Shown: piece after piece, positions 79,622 to 92,786 of the stretch
Numbering within the stretch: the stretch's first letter is position 1
Layout of the letters: each line of letters begins with the position of its first letter
Source of the DNA: Wallemia ichthyophaga EXF-994
Lineage: Eukaryota; Fungi; Basidiomycota
Assembly (NCBI RefSeq): GCF_000400465.1
Contig: NW_008806281.1
Location: 20,001 to 144,000 of the forward strand
Length of the DNA: 124,000 nt
Direction of reading: 5' to 3'
Translations under genes and position numbers: made by a program
Notes under the pieces: generated by a model
What the model saw: only the letters and a program-made list of their open reading frames with translations
What the model was told of the DNA's origin: nothing
The model's database searches: none

Positions 79622-79853
79622 CACACTCAAGACACTCTCACACCTATAGAACTAATTTCACCTTGGTCTACAAAGGTTCAACCCCCTTTTTGACATAACA
79701 TTAGTAAAAAAGAAAAAAAAAAAACCCGGATCAAATCAGTACAAGTCGACATTTACCCCCAACATGTTTTAATAAGCAACATCTTTTCCATCTCAGAATC
79801 TCAATTGTACACAATTTGCATATTGCACTTCAACTTGCATAAACTACCCCTTG

Positions 79854-80786
79854 CTATCCTTTAATAAAAAGTTGCCATGTGCGCTCAAAGATGCTATCCA
79901 AAGTATTTTTGATTGCTTCGCTGAAAACGTCCTGAGTTATTGTCGACTTTGATCCAGATAGCGGGGCAAGAAGCACGAGAATGCTAATTTGCGATGAACG
80001 AGTTGGCTCGACGTTGAGTGCAGATATTGATAAAAGGGCGAAGAGCGATGAAATGCATTGACAATTTCCTGTGCGTTGTTCTGACGCGAAATTGTAAATC
80101 GGAGTAATAATCTCTTTAAAAATGGACATCGCGACACTATTATCTTGAGTGTTGAGGAGGTCGAGAACCATCTTGACGATTTTAATTTGAATACAGGCAG
80201 GAGATTGAGGATGTATCAACAACCATATCAAAGATCTAACGACTGTGGATGCAAAGAGACTCTCAAACCCAATTAGCTGACCTTTATTGTTGAGTGAATT
80301 GAGTTGGTGCAAAGTCTGCTGGCGTATGTTGCCAACCATATCGATCAGCATGATAATGATACGCGGTTGAATCTTATCATAGAGACAAGACATGAAAACA
80401 TTTTGAAGGGAATGATAAATGGATTTGGTGAGTGTAGTTTGTGACTCAAGGTTAAATGTATTGTGGCTGAGTAATTGTAGCTGTCTCATAAGTGCCCGTG
80501 TCGCGTCTGTTGAAGATTTCAGCGTGTATCAAACGAATGAGGTCATCTAACCAAATCCATATTGTGAGCTGTGCGGGTTGTGTGTGGTGTGTATTTCTAC
80601 ACTCTCATACTTCCCGTTGTCGATAAATCTCAATAAATCTAGCCTGGCTCTTGGATCGTCGAGTTGTGCAGCCAATTGATAAGGATAAGTACCACTGGAA
80701 ACAGCTTCAATAGACAACTTGAATAGCTCTACGCAGTCTAATGTGAGCGTAAGAGTCGCATTGCATAGTTCTACACCAGATTTCAC
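79854..80786 (-). CDS. Hypothetical leucine-rich helical protein (structure uncertain)
   Basis: Two minus-strand ORFs separated by an intron-sized gap. Confidence 0.35.
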
Positions 80787-81078
80787 CGGTAGTGGCCATA
80801 TCTCGGTGTGCTGTTGCAGCCACGACGATAGCCTGAGATGGTAAGAGATGTGAGATGAAATAGACCATCAAGACGCAATTCTAACCAGCGACAATCTCAA
80901 ATCATCAAATCTCATCGAATTTTGAGATGATGATGGTGCAAGGCTAACAGCGGTTGGAACTCGAGTAGAACGCGCAAATCCAATTAAACGCGAAATAGAT
81001 ATATTGAAAGTAATTTCAAGGTAAATTCAACGCCCTTATCACGCCATCTACCCACTTCAATATCAACAATCAACACCT

Positions 81079-82522
81079 ATGGGTATTAAAGCACTTGCCA
81101 ACGTAATTTCAGAAGAGTCACCAAAAGCAATAAAGCACACAGATATTAAATCATTATTTGGCAGGAAGGTTGCAATCGATGCTTCCATGTCCATCTACCA
81201 ATTCCTGATAGCAGTTAGGCAGAGAGACGGCGAGCAATTAATGAGCGACACAGGCGAAACTACATCTCATTTAATGGGATTTTTCTACCGTACACTGAGA
81301 ATGGTCGATAATGGTTTAAAACCGTGTTATGTCTTCGATGGTAAACCTCCTGATCTCAAATCGAACGTCTTAAAGTCTCGCTTCGAGAAGAGAGAAGACG
81401 CGACTGAACAAGGTGAAGAAGCTAAAGAGACTGGTGACGCAGAGACTATGGATAGATTATCTAGACGCACTGTAAGAGTAACAAAGGAGCATAACGCTGA
81501 ATGTAGAAAACTGCTCAAACTCATGGGCATTCCTGTGATTGAAGCTCCTTCTGAAGCTGAAGCTCAGTGTGCTGAACTCGTTAGAGGTGGTAAGGTTTGG
81601 GCTGCAGGTAGTGAGGATATGGATACTCTCACTTTCGGCGCACCCATCTTACTCAGACATTTGACTTTCTCTGAGCAAAAGAAAGAACCAATCAGTCACT
81701 ACTATTTCGAAGAAGCCCTCAGTGGATTAGCCATGGAGCGTGAACAATTTACCGACCTCTGTATCTTGTTGGGATGTGATTATCTAGACCCTGTCAAGGG
81801 TGTTGGTCCTTCAACAGCACTCAAGTTAATTAGAGAGCATGGCAGTCTAGATGAGATTGTGCCAATCTGCAGAGCCAATCAAGAGAAGAGGGCTAAGGAA
81901 ATGGAAAAGATCAAAGAGGATGAAGATGAGAAAGAAGAGGAAGAAGAGAAGCTCGAAAGAGAGGAATCGGGTAGTGAGAATGAAGAGTCCACACCAAAGA
82001 AGAAGACCAAGAAGAGAGGTAAACAGCCTAAAACCAAGTCAGGTCCAGTCATACCAGAGTATTGGCCATACGAAAAGGCTCGCGAGCTCTTTTTGAACCC
82101 TAATGTACACAAAGCTGACGAAGTTGAGGTGCGTGTGTATCTTGAACTTAAACTGGCTCTAACGTTTGATCAGCTCAATTGGGAGAGTCCAGATATAGAT
82201 GGACTGATACAATTCTTGTGTCACGAGAAGGGTTTTGCGTGAGTGCAGTTGTAAACCAAACGATATTGAGCTGACATCCCGTTTAGTGAGGACAGAGTCA
82301 GAAAAGGTGCTGACAGATTGAACAAGATGTTAAATACCAAACAACAAGGACGTCTTGACGGATTTTTCTCAGTGATTCCTAAGGTAAGACATCTTGAGTC
82401 TGTGATTCATCACTAACGCCTATTCACAGGCAAACGACGACAAAATGACAGATAAGAAAGGTGGAGGTAAACGCAAGGCAGAAGATGCCAAAGGCAAGGG
82501 CGGCAAAAAATCAAAGAAGTAA
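81079..82522 (+). CDS. FEN1: Flap endonuclease 1
   Basis: [36 protein letters not shown] box QGRLDGFF. Confidence 0.97.
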
Positions 82523-82565
82523 ACATGTAACTAGTGTAATATTTTGCTTTATTTATTCTTGGTAT

Positions 82566-83630
82566 TTATGGGATGTCAATTCTTCTGCCCTCCTTGGAGG
82601 ATTGATGGGCTAACTCAATCAGTCTGATGGTAAGAGCAGCAGAGTAAGGATCGACAGCAAGCTTCTCAGTTTTGTTGATTGCATTGGCGACATTTCTGTA
82701 GAAATCGATCCAGACACCTTTTACAGTCTCTACAGTTTCAGTCTTGCCATCTGAGTTGGTAAACGTTCCATGGGCATTCTTATCATCAACGCCAAAGTTG
82801 GCATCAAGTGCATTCAGCCCAGCCTTGATTTGTGATTCTTGAACATCAAATCCATACTTGATGAATGAGCCATTTTCACCACTGATCTTAAACCTCAACT
82901 GATCATTGAAGCACGCCAAAACAGAAGCACCGAGTGTGACAATCAGTGGAATCTTGTTTTGGTAATGAAGGTGAACAGTGAAGCTATCATCGACAGATAA
83001 ATCACCTTTCTGGCGACTATTTTGTACGATAGCGCTGATTTGATGAGGTTTACCAAACAGCTTCACAGACTGGTCGATTAAGTGACTACCCAAATCATAC
83101 AGAACACCGGAGCCTGGTACGTTTTCCTCACGCCAACCACCCTTATTTTGTGGACGGTATCTATCGAAACGCGACTCAACTGAGCTAATGTCACCAAGCT
83201 TACCATCCTTGATGAGCTTGCTAGCGGTAAGGAAATCACTGTCGTATCTTCTGTTCTGAAATACACTCAAGATTAAACCTTTTTCAACGGCCAAATCAGC
83301 CAATTCCAATGCTTGCTCTGATGAAGGTGTCAAAGGTTTCTCAACAACCACATTCTTGCCTGCTTTGAGTGCTTCCTTGGTAAGGTTGTAATGGGAAGTG
83401 TTTGAAGTGGTAATAACAATGAGGCTGACGTTAGTGTCTTTGAGGATATCGTTATAATCGTTTATGACGGTAAAAGGCTCTAAGTGCTGCCACTTGCTTC
83501 TCGCAACGCTGTTTTCTTTCGTAGCTCTACGCTCGAGTACATGTGTCAACTTGAAGTCGTCGACTGCGTCTATGAAGGGAATGTGCAAGTCAGATGAATT
83601 TCCAACACCAATTATTGCCACGTTTATCAT
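82566..83630 (-). CDS. Gfo/Idh/MocA oxidoreductase (YdgJ/IolW-like), intronless
   Basis: VAIIGVG, VVEKP, QNRRYDSDF, GVLYDLGSHLID, KYGFDVQE. Confidence 0.9.
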   Translation of the reverse strand: MINVAIIGVGNSSDLHIPFIDAVDDFKLTHVLERRATKENSVARSKWQHLEPFTVINDYNDILKDTNVSLIVITTSNTSHYNLTKEALKAGKNVVVEKPLTPSSEQALELADLAVEKGLILSVFQNRRYDSDFLTASKLIKDGKLGDISSVESRFDRYRPQNKGGWREENVPGSGVLYDLGSHLIDQSVKLFGKPHQISAIVQNSRQKGDLSVDDSFTVHLHYQNKIPLIVTLGASVLACFNDQLRFKISGENGSFIKYGFDVQESQIKAGLNALDANFGVDDKNAHGTFTNSDGKTETVETVKGVWIDFYRNVANAINKTEKLAVDPYSAALTIRLIELAHQSSKEGRRIDIP

Positions 83631-83753
83631 TTTACTTGGTTGTTCGGATACAAAGGCTAAATTGACTGAGTAAAGACTTGTGAGATCACATCATGAGAAC
83701 AGAAAATGATACCATATCGGTAATTGAAACTTGTACATTGTTGAGATATCTAG

Positions 83754-84991
83754 CTATTTAGCTTGCCCAATTCAGATCCTAGCTTGTAATTGACAACCTT
83801 GTCCCAATCGATCTTCTCCCTAGTGATTGGTAATGCTCTGCGAAGACTTTTGAACAGCTTCTCACTCAATTTATCTTGATAAAGCACATTCAGATGTGCT
83901 TGGTATTGCCTATCAGATTCAATGATTGCCTTGACTAGCTTCTTGGCTTCTTCGGGCGTTGTTGGTGGTCCTTGAAGTGGTGATTTAATTTTTGGCGCGT
84001 GAGATGCTTGTAATTGTACATTTCCGTTTCTGTGGGAATTGTGAGAGTGTGATTAGATCTTTTGTACCACTCACTCAAAGTAATGGATCGAAATGTCGAT
84101 ATTTCCGACTATCTCGTCGCTTGTCAGGTCATACACCCACCTGGCTCTCCATCTGCCAGACCAATAATTTGATTGGTTGAACTTGTTACCAGTGTAGTAT
84201 AAATTGATTTCTGAGATATCCTCTGATTTGGTTTCCTGGGTATTTTGAGCAGCAGGTTCATCAACTGGATTAGGTTGTGCTTCTTCCAATTTGTCTTGAG
84301 ATTCCTTGGGTGATGACTCTTCTTGCTGCTCTGTCTTGCCTGCATCCTGTTGCTCCTCGCTATTTTCCTCATTTTCGGAATCACCCTCTTCTGGCAGCTT
84401 CTCTCCACTCTCGTTTACAGCTTCGTCTGTCTGCTCGACTTGATTCTGCTCTTTTTCCAGTTCCTGCTCTTGTTCCTGTTCCATGTTATCGAGACATTTG
84501 ACGGTAGTATAAACAGCAGCTGTTCCGTTAGAGTAGAACTCTTCAACGTATTCATCTAAAGCGTGTTCGAGGAGGCTGCGAATGTGATTCTGATAGTTAA
84601 GCTGATCGACTGTCTCAACATTCTCGGCCTTAAGATCAAGCTGGTTGAGTTTGTAGACTTTGGATGACTTTGGATCGTAGTATTTATCATGATTTATATG
84701 CGATTGTGGTGTTATCAACGTCTTTGTCGGTGTTAAGGGGATGAACGCGTGCTGAAAGATACGGGACTTACTCTAACGCCATCTAAATCGATAGTATTCA
84801 GTTGCTGCTCGTTAAACTCCTTTAAACAGCCATTCAAATCGTCTTGATCGATCTCTGTCAATACCTTCAAGTCTGCGCGGAAATTAGCATGTGTGATCAG
84901 CCAGGAGATGGAATTTACCTTCCAGCACCTCCTTTAGCTCATTTGGTGGTGATTGTTTTAGTATTTTGCGCACAATTTCCGCTGATGACAT
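83754..84991 (-). CDS. CAP1: F-actin capping protein alpha subunit
   Basis: ILKQSPPNE, NYWSGRWR, IHYFE(GNVQL), C-terminal NYKLG; acidic insertion mid-protein. Confidence 0.88.
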
Positions 84992-85008
84992 GGTTGATCA
85001 ATTCAACC

Positions 85009-85691
85009 ATGTGGGACTACTTCAATCAGATACCTACTGTCTCCAAATTTTGGCTGATTGGAAGTATATGCGTATCTACGCTCGTTCAAGTAAACGTTCT
85101 TAGTCCTCTTAATCTTTATTTCAGCTTTCACTCTGCATTCGTCAACAACCAGGTGAGCTGGTGTTATCTAATCATCATTCATAACGCTCACACCCAAATT
85201 AGCCCTGGAGAGCTCTTACAACGTTTTTTTACTTTGGAGATATCTCTATTGACCTCTTCCTTCACCTATTCTTCTTCATTAGGTATTCAAGAATGCTCGA
85301 GGAAGAGCAATTCTCCTCGAACAAGGCTGAATACGTTTGGAGCTTAATTGTCATGTCTACTCTGCTACTAGGAATATCCCCCCTTATCAACTTGCCTTTC
85401 TTATCAACAGCATTGTCTTCAGCTTTGGTTTACGTTTGGGCGAGAAGTCACCCAAATGCTCAAATTGGTCTCTTAGTATTCATAATTAGAGCCAGCTACC
85501 TCCCTTGGGCTATTGTTATGCTTTCGTGGGCGATTACAGGTAGAGCTTCTGCAGCTAGGACCGAGTTGGCTGGTATAGCAGTAGGTCATGTCTGGCACTT
85601 TTCAAAGTCAATCTGGCCAAAAGAACTCGCTGCGAGAGGCAAACCACTGCTACCAACTCCTAGATTCCTGACAGAGACGTTGAACAGTTAA
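85009..85691 (+). CDS. DER1: Derlin
   Basis: QIPTVSKFW, MLEEEQF, LVYVWAR, YLPW, GIAVGHVWHF. Confidence 0.9.
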
Positions 85692-85737
85692 TCTCGCATA
85701 GCATTTAATCTTTTGTATTCTAATGTAGCTCATATAT

Positions 85738-87602
85738 TTACATCTTCAACACACTAGTTGTGCTCTTGATTAAATCGATTATGCAGTAGTTGTCGATTGG
85801 TATATACTGATTCGTAATCACTTTGATGATCTCCTGACTGGCTAATCCACCTAGGAAAGCTGCTGTATTTGGTAAATCACTACCACCGCCTCTAACCAAC
85901 TCCAGAAGCGAATCAGAAATGACTTTAGATGGTTCTTTACCACATAAATCTTTCGTAACTTTCTCCAGTTCACTATTCACTCTCATTACGTCATTCTCGA
86001 AATCCTCTAATTTACAGTCTCCTGGTTGCCTTTTGTACTTTTCACTGAATGCGTCTGAGATTATAAAAGCTACGTAAATAGCGTATGCAGATTCCGTGAA
86101 TTCATCACTTATACCACTAGCTATGAGTAGCGTTAGTTTGGAAGCATCACTAAATCTGTCTTCTCACAAATTACGTCGCGTCTTGGCGAAGTGTACTCAT
86201 CTCCGATACTGCTTCCTTTGATAACTTTCAAGAAGGCGGAGTGCTTCGCGAATGCTCCAATCAAATCGTCACTGAAAATGTTGATAGAAACGCTAAATTT
86301 GTCAATAATGCCGATGAGAATGCTTTTCAGCTCTTCGACATCTTCACGTGCTTTGTTCTTGTAGATGGTTTGAAGGTGGACGTAAGTCTGAGTGTCAGTG
86401 TGCAAGTCTGGCAGAGTACCAGGATGAGGCAAGACACCATGCCTGTCACTGAACACCTTCAATGACGCTACCAAAAACCAGAACGGAGATGAGTCTTTTG
86501 AAAGGTTTTTGAGGGAATCGTCTTGATACAGTTCAGCAACTTGGTGCGGTATATCATTACTCTGGAACGCTCTGTATGCTTGCGACTGAGCCTCGTCAAA
86601 ATTTTGCTCATCTACACCTTTCCTACGATGGCTATCCATGACTTTTTTGAATTCTCTCTTCTCAGTGATATTCTTTGGGAGTGCACCGTCGTGGCTCTTT
86701 TTCCACTCATCGAGTTGTTTAATGAGCACGACAATGTATGGTATGTGAGCGTGATCGTTGTCTGAAACCTTATTTAAATCGGTCGACTGCACGAATTTTT
86801 TGAGCTGTTCAAATGGCTTGTTTAAACGCAAGTCTACGATGGCGTCTGGATGAGTGTCTATTATGGTTTGTTCGGGTAGTTGTACGCGCAAAGATGCGTA
86901 AAAACCTGAAGTTTTCATTGAGAACAAAGGAAGATGATTACTCCAAGCCAAATCGGATAACTTTAAAGTGAGATCAGTCTCAGTGTTGTGTAAAATAACG
87001 GCCGAGAAGTTTGTGAAGAAGTCTGGTTGAGTTTCCAACACATGATATGGATTCTTCACCAGCCCTTCGCCCTGTACGCTGTCGTTCATTTCTAACAACA
87101 ATCTAACTGTTTCTGTAGCGCGTGGCTTACCAACAGACTCAGGCTCCAAGAAGAAGTTGTTGCCAATATCTGCGTCTGTGACCAATTGATCGTCCATAAC
87201 GGTGAAATGACCAATGCCTTGGAATTAAGAATGAGACTGCAGATAAGAAAGGCAAGGAGCTAAAACACACCTGGTAAGACTAGGTTCTTCAAAGTTGCGC
87301 TTGATGTGGCTGAACCGTTTATGACTAAAACTCGAGCGTTTTCCAACGCAGATTGGCCAGCGGCTGCCCACAACCTTGATATTCTGTTGATCAGAGCCTA
87401 ATGAAATGATATTACCCACCTCAACTGTCTATCGTAACGTCTAGTTTTACTGAATCGTGTTTAAATTGAGTGTGTGTGGGGATATGGATATGCTTACTGA
87501 TCAGGTCTCTGGCTGTGTGGATTTTGAGTGCGATAAACGATAATAAGCGTCAACTAACTCTGTAACTTTGAATTCTGCTGAAGTTATTTGTTCTAAGTCC
87601 AT
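85738..87602 (-). CDS. ULA1: NEDD8-activating enzyme E1 regulatory subunit (APP-BP1)
   Basis: RYDRQLR, DIGNNFFL, DLRL.KPF, HAHIPY, LPDLH, GGLASQEIIKVITNQYIP. Confidence 0.92.
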
Positions 87603-87720
87603 CGCAAGTCGCAGTTGTTAAGCAAGAGGAGATGAAATATTAATATAATTTTTGCTCCAGTAGACCCAATTAGATTTAACATTCTTTCTTCATTATCAAC
87701 CTCTATGATCTAATCTCATT

Positions 87721-89835
87721 ATGTCCAGATTAGCTCCTCGATTGCCAATCCCTCCTTTAGAATCAAGCTTAGAAAAATATTTAAAATCTTTGGAACCTTT
87801 TATAGACGACGATAACCACGTCAGGTCTCATCTCCGCGCTATCGCTGACGATTTCAGAGATGGCCTTGGGAAGAAGTTACAGACGAGGCTTAAAGGTGAG
87901 AATTTCCAGCACACAAAATGTCATCTTATATTCCTCAAGACGTTGACAGAGTTTCCCCTACAAATTGGCTCGATGATCGTTGGTGGATTAAACTGGCCTA
88001 TCACACCAATAGGGCTCCCTTGCTCATAAACTCAAATTGGTGGCTCTTATACAAAGATGATCCATCCACCCCCAACGACCTCAAAATGACTAAAGATAGC
88101 CGTGGTTTCACAAATTGGCAGATTCTTAGAGCTGCGTGGCTGACGAGAGGATTGTTGCACATAAAACAGCTCCTCGACAAAGGCGAACAGCTCCCAGACT
88201 TATCTAAAGCTGGTCAGTGTCTTACTCTTCACTGTCTTTGTCTGACCAAGTCATTACAGCTCGATGGTTCGGTCCTCGTGCTAACAAGCTGTTTGGTATG
88301 ACACGCTTACCTCAGTACGACTGTGATCACTTGACACACGTACCCTTGCCCAATCTCACAAAGCACATTGTCGTGTTTGCTAAGAGTCAGGCGTTTAAGG
88401 TGGACGTAATAGATGCAGAAGGTGGTATATTTGGTTGGGATACCATTGCCAAGTCTTTCAGTGGTATTACAGAGAGTCTCAGCAACGATCTCGACTCACC
88501 TGTAGGTGTCATGACGGCGGTTGATAGGGATACATGGACTAGAGTGGGTGATATCGATCATGTCTCATAAATACCCGCTAAACCTTTAACAGAATCGTGA
88601 ACATCTCAAGATAATATCGCAAAAAAATGAGCTTACTTTGTCTGCTATCGAATCAGCACTGTTTACGGTCTGTTTAGACGATTACACTCTCCCTCCTCGC
88701 AGTAAGGAGCAGGACGTGTTAGATGGCCATATGATTAATATAGCTGGTGGAATAAACGGCAAAAATAGATGGTTTGACAAGTCAATGAGTCTTATTGTCG
88801 AAAATAATGGCAGAGCAGGTATGAACGGTGAACACTCATTCGTTGAAGCCCTGGTGCCATCGATAGTAGCTGATTATACGCTTTATGAAGATATGCCAGT
88901 GAATGCTTCAATTGCTTCTCAGCAACAATCTTGTCGCTCTGAAAGGCTTCGGTGGGTTTTAGATGATCACATTATCAGTGAAATCAAGAGTGCAAATTCA
89001 GTAGCTGAGCGTATACTGAATGATTCAGAGCCTTCAGAGTTACTTTTCAGCGAATTCGGTGTGGATTGGATGAAGGAAGTTGGTGAGGTTTCACTTGCTG
89101 TATTGGCATCTTCTCACGAAATCGAAAGCCGGTCTCGCGCCAGATGCGTTCATACAAATGGCGCTGCAATTAGCATGGTTCAAGAACCAAGGATACTTTA
89201 CAGCGACGTATGAGACTGCGTCCACTAGAATTTTCGATAATGGCAGGACAGATACGCTTCGAACTCTAACAAGCGAGTCGAAGCGCTTCGTAAAGACAAT
89301 GATGTCGAAAGATGTCAATGTGAGTAAATAATTGATCATCATCATTTTTCTCACTTAAACTTTATAGGATTCTGCCAAGTACGACAGCTTACTGCAAGCT
89401 ACAAAAACACATGCTAAGAATATGCGGGATGCAACCACCGGCAAGGCTTTTGATAGACACCTGCTGGGATTGAGGATGTTGCTGCGGCCTGGAGAAAGCC
89501 ATGAGTTGTTCGACAACAAGTATAATGCGATGAGCTCGGAATGGAAACTTAGCACAAGTGGACTAAGCGCTGGACCTCGTTTTAATGGAACTGGGTGCGT
89601 TTTTGTTAAGACTTTAACGTAACACTCATAGCGCTGCAGCTTTGGTACTGTCTATCCAGATGGATATGGTATTAATTACATGGCGGGGCCCTCCGAACTT
89701 AAATTTGGTATAGAAAGCAAATTACACTGCTCAGCGACGTCAACGTACGGATTCAAGCGTGATTTGCTTTCGTCTCTCCAAGAAATGCGACACGTTTGTG
89801 AAACACAGCAAAAAACCCTGAAAGCTAGATTATAG
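87721..89835 (+). CDS. Carnitine O-acyltransferase
   Basis: LPIPPLESSL.KY, NWLDDRWW, NRWFDK, EHS, YETASTR.F..GRTD, GKAFDRHL, DGYGINY. Confidence 0.92.
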
Positions 89836-90687
89836 AGTCTCTTATAAAGTATAGTGACCTACTTAAATACTGCTAATTTTTGTAAACTAGTATTCAACAT
89901 TGAATTTTTCGTATGAAGGATATCAAGACATGTTAGTGATATAAAAATAGAAGAGATGAAGACCCCATTTCATAAGTAAGACTTATCTGCCTTATTTAGT
90001 GGTAAATTTAGATAGTTAATTCAATATTAATTCATCTTCAGATGTGCTTCTTCAGGTCTTTGTAACCTTCCACTGCGGGAGTATTCGATACACAGGTCGG
90101 AAAGTTTGAGGTTCGAGAATATTAATGCGTTCTTTTCTAAAAAGAGCATAAAATCATTTATAAAAGAGAAGTTGAATCTAAGTCGCAGAATCTTACTGTT
90201 TCCTCTCGACATTCTCGAAATTGACCATCTGTAAAGAGTTTCTTCGGTGGGCTCTTCAAATTTTGGATACTCTGAATTGGGAATCATGCGATGAAAAAAT
90301 CAGCGGTTTTGGGGCTTTACAACGCAAAGTGCCAGTGATTGTTGACGAAATAAGGCTGCCTTAGTGGCATACCAGTTAAGTGCGCGGAATTGTGAAGACT
90401 TGTATCAACAATTTCATGGGTTATTTCAGCCGCCAATGTCGCTATTTTTATGAAGGCACAGTGATCAAAGTCATGAATGGTATGAGGCACAAACAGGTGA
90501 TACTTTATTTTATCGGAATGTACCGGGAAAAGGAAAAGTAGAACAATTAAGTTATCCAAGTAGACAGAAAGCGTCTGCATCACTGCTTCAAAGCCTCCAT
90601 CATGGCTACTAGATAGACAAAGAGAATTAAAAAACCTCGAAACGCACGCGAATGATGAAATGATAATGTAATCCACTAATACACCAA

Positions 90688-91548
90688 TTACTCTTCTTCC
90701 TCGCCGACCCTGTACGCAACAAGAGCTTCCACCTTGTGCACCGAGGTATCGAAAGAACGCAACCTGACTTGCTCCGTTTTATCTGATTGGATGAGATGTG
90801 GGTCTGCATCCACCCAGGAATCAGAAACTTGCATAGTCTTTGCTTCTTCGGTATCGGATGTATAGATGAGAATATTGAACGCACAAGGCTCATCGATCAT
90901 AGGAAGGAAAGTGACTGATGCTGTTATTTGACGAATGATGGCTTGTATTTCGCTGTGGATTTCTTTTTCTGTCTTTGGTTTGTTTTGTTTTTCGCTGTTT
91001 TGGCTGCTTTCACTATTTCTTTTGTCAGGAATAATATAATTCGCGCTTAAAAGCACCACTCACTCTGAGGCTGTGTTCTGTATGTCAAATTGCCATCTCT
91101 CTAACGTTTCCCTCGATTCCTTGCTCACAATCGCCAAAACTAATTTGCTTACTTGATTACCTAGGAGCCATTCACTCAATTGAGAAATAACTTTGCTGAT
91201 GTAAGTTTTCAATCCGTCATCGTTTGTTACTAGCATGTTTAATCCATACTTCTTCACCATCGAGAAGTCTTCTGGCTAGCAGTTGAGTTAGAATGGGCAG
91301 TGAGCGTACAATAGCCACACTAACAGGGTATACAGCTCTTTGGAATAATATACTTTCGCGTTTTGTTAGAATTTGACGCGTTAAATTGGTATACTATCTG
91401 CGCACCTGTTCACAGCATACTAAAAGCCCATTCAGCTAAATCCTATTTAACAGACTAGGAAACTTACACTGAAGAATTCTGTAACAATTTTAGTTGATCC
91501 CTTCAAATTTATCGTCGAACGCGTTGGTGCTGCTTGAGCTGTAGCCAT
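90688..91548 (-). CDS. MAD2: Spindle checkpoint protein Mad2 (HORMA), many short exons
   Basis: INLKGSTKIVTEFF, VKKYGL, ETLERWQF, IRQITASVTFLP, VRLRSF. Confidence 0.96.
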
Positions 91549-92670
91549 GGTGAGTGGTGGTGATAAAGAGAACAACGCGTCTAAGGAAAGCGATAGCACG
91601 GAATCAAAAGACAGCAAGCTGCTAAAGATTCAGATGACAATATAAGCAAGAGTATAGCCCACTATAGATGTGTAGAGGCTGGCGTTATGGACTTGGTGGG
91701 TAGGCGCATTTGCATAGCGCACGGCACATAGCAAACAGCAAACACTCACATAGAAGACTAGAGGAACCACGCAGTCAAGACAGCAGAGAGTTTAGATGCT
91801 GTGACGGAGTTGCTCAAAATCAATCCTGAATACTACACGATGTGGAATTATCGTCGTATTATATTATTAAACCTATTCACGGAAATCGGTGTGGATGCAA
91901 CGCAGGAGAAGCTTTCATTTGAGCTTATGTTTACTCTTGGTCTGCTGAAGGAGTTCCCGAAAGTCTACTGGATCTGGAATCACCGGACGTGGGCATTGGA
92001 GACGTTGTCGGCTACTTTCACAGACGAGCAAGCCGATGGGAGATTGTGGGAGTGGAATAATGAATTGAAGATGGTTGACAGTCTGCTGAAATTAGATTCA
92101 CGCAACTTCCATGCCTGGGGATACAGAAGACAGCTGCTCACTCTCATGAATTTCAAGGAAGATAGAAATACAGTCAGCACATTCCCACACGTACTCAGTC
92201 GAGATCAGCTCCTCAAAGAGAAACAGTCGACACTTCACTTCATCGAAAACAACTTCAGTAATTTCTCGGCATGGCATCAAAGAACGAAGATTTTGAGCCA
92301 ATTATGGGCGTTAGATGGAGGCGTTAGTATAGACGATCTCAATGAAGAGTTTGACTTAGTCAAACAGGCTATGTACACCGATCCATCGGATCAGTCGGTT
92401 TGGCTGTATCACAAGTGGTTGATACAACAGGTAGCTGATGAAAATATCGTAGATGTGCTACAAAGAGAGCTGGAGTCTATTAACGAGCTTTATGAGCTTG
92501 AGCCTGAGTCGAAGTGGTGCTTAGAATCTCTCGCTCACTACAACAAACTACTTCATCAACATACTCAAGCGAACGAGCTGCTCCGTAGATACAATGAATA
92601 CCTTACTGAACTCATCACAATTGATCCAGACAGAAAAAATAGATATCTAGACTCCCTTGTAAAGCTGTAA
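91547..92670 (+). CDS. BET4: Rab geranylgeranyltransferase alpha subunit
   Basis: Spliced start M|HGIKR; NPEYYTMWNYRR, PKVYWIWNHR, RNFHAW.YRR, NFSNFSAWHQR, DP.DQSVW.Y. Confidence 0.93.
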
Positions 92671-92786
92671 TAATGCAAAATTTCATACAAAAAAATCTAA
92701 TGCATCGCAAGCAATGCTAAATTTATAACAAATTGATTTATCGCTTTAACAAAACATTGCGTAAAATTGTCGTCATTAATAATTAT

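Noticed and set aside
84210-84490. Acidic insertion in capping protein alpha
   Set aside because: Low-complexity loop insertions are common in fungal orthologs; no support for novelty.
90027-90676. Two short minus-strand ORFs between the acyltransferase and MAD2
   Set aside because: No recognisable motif or reliable splice model; may be a small orphan gene but cannot be supported.
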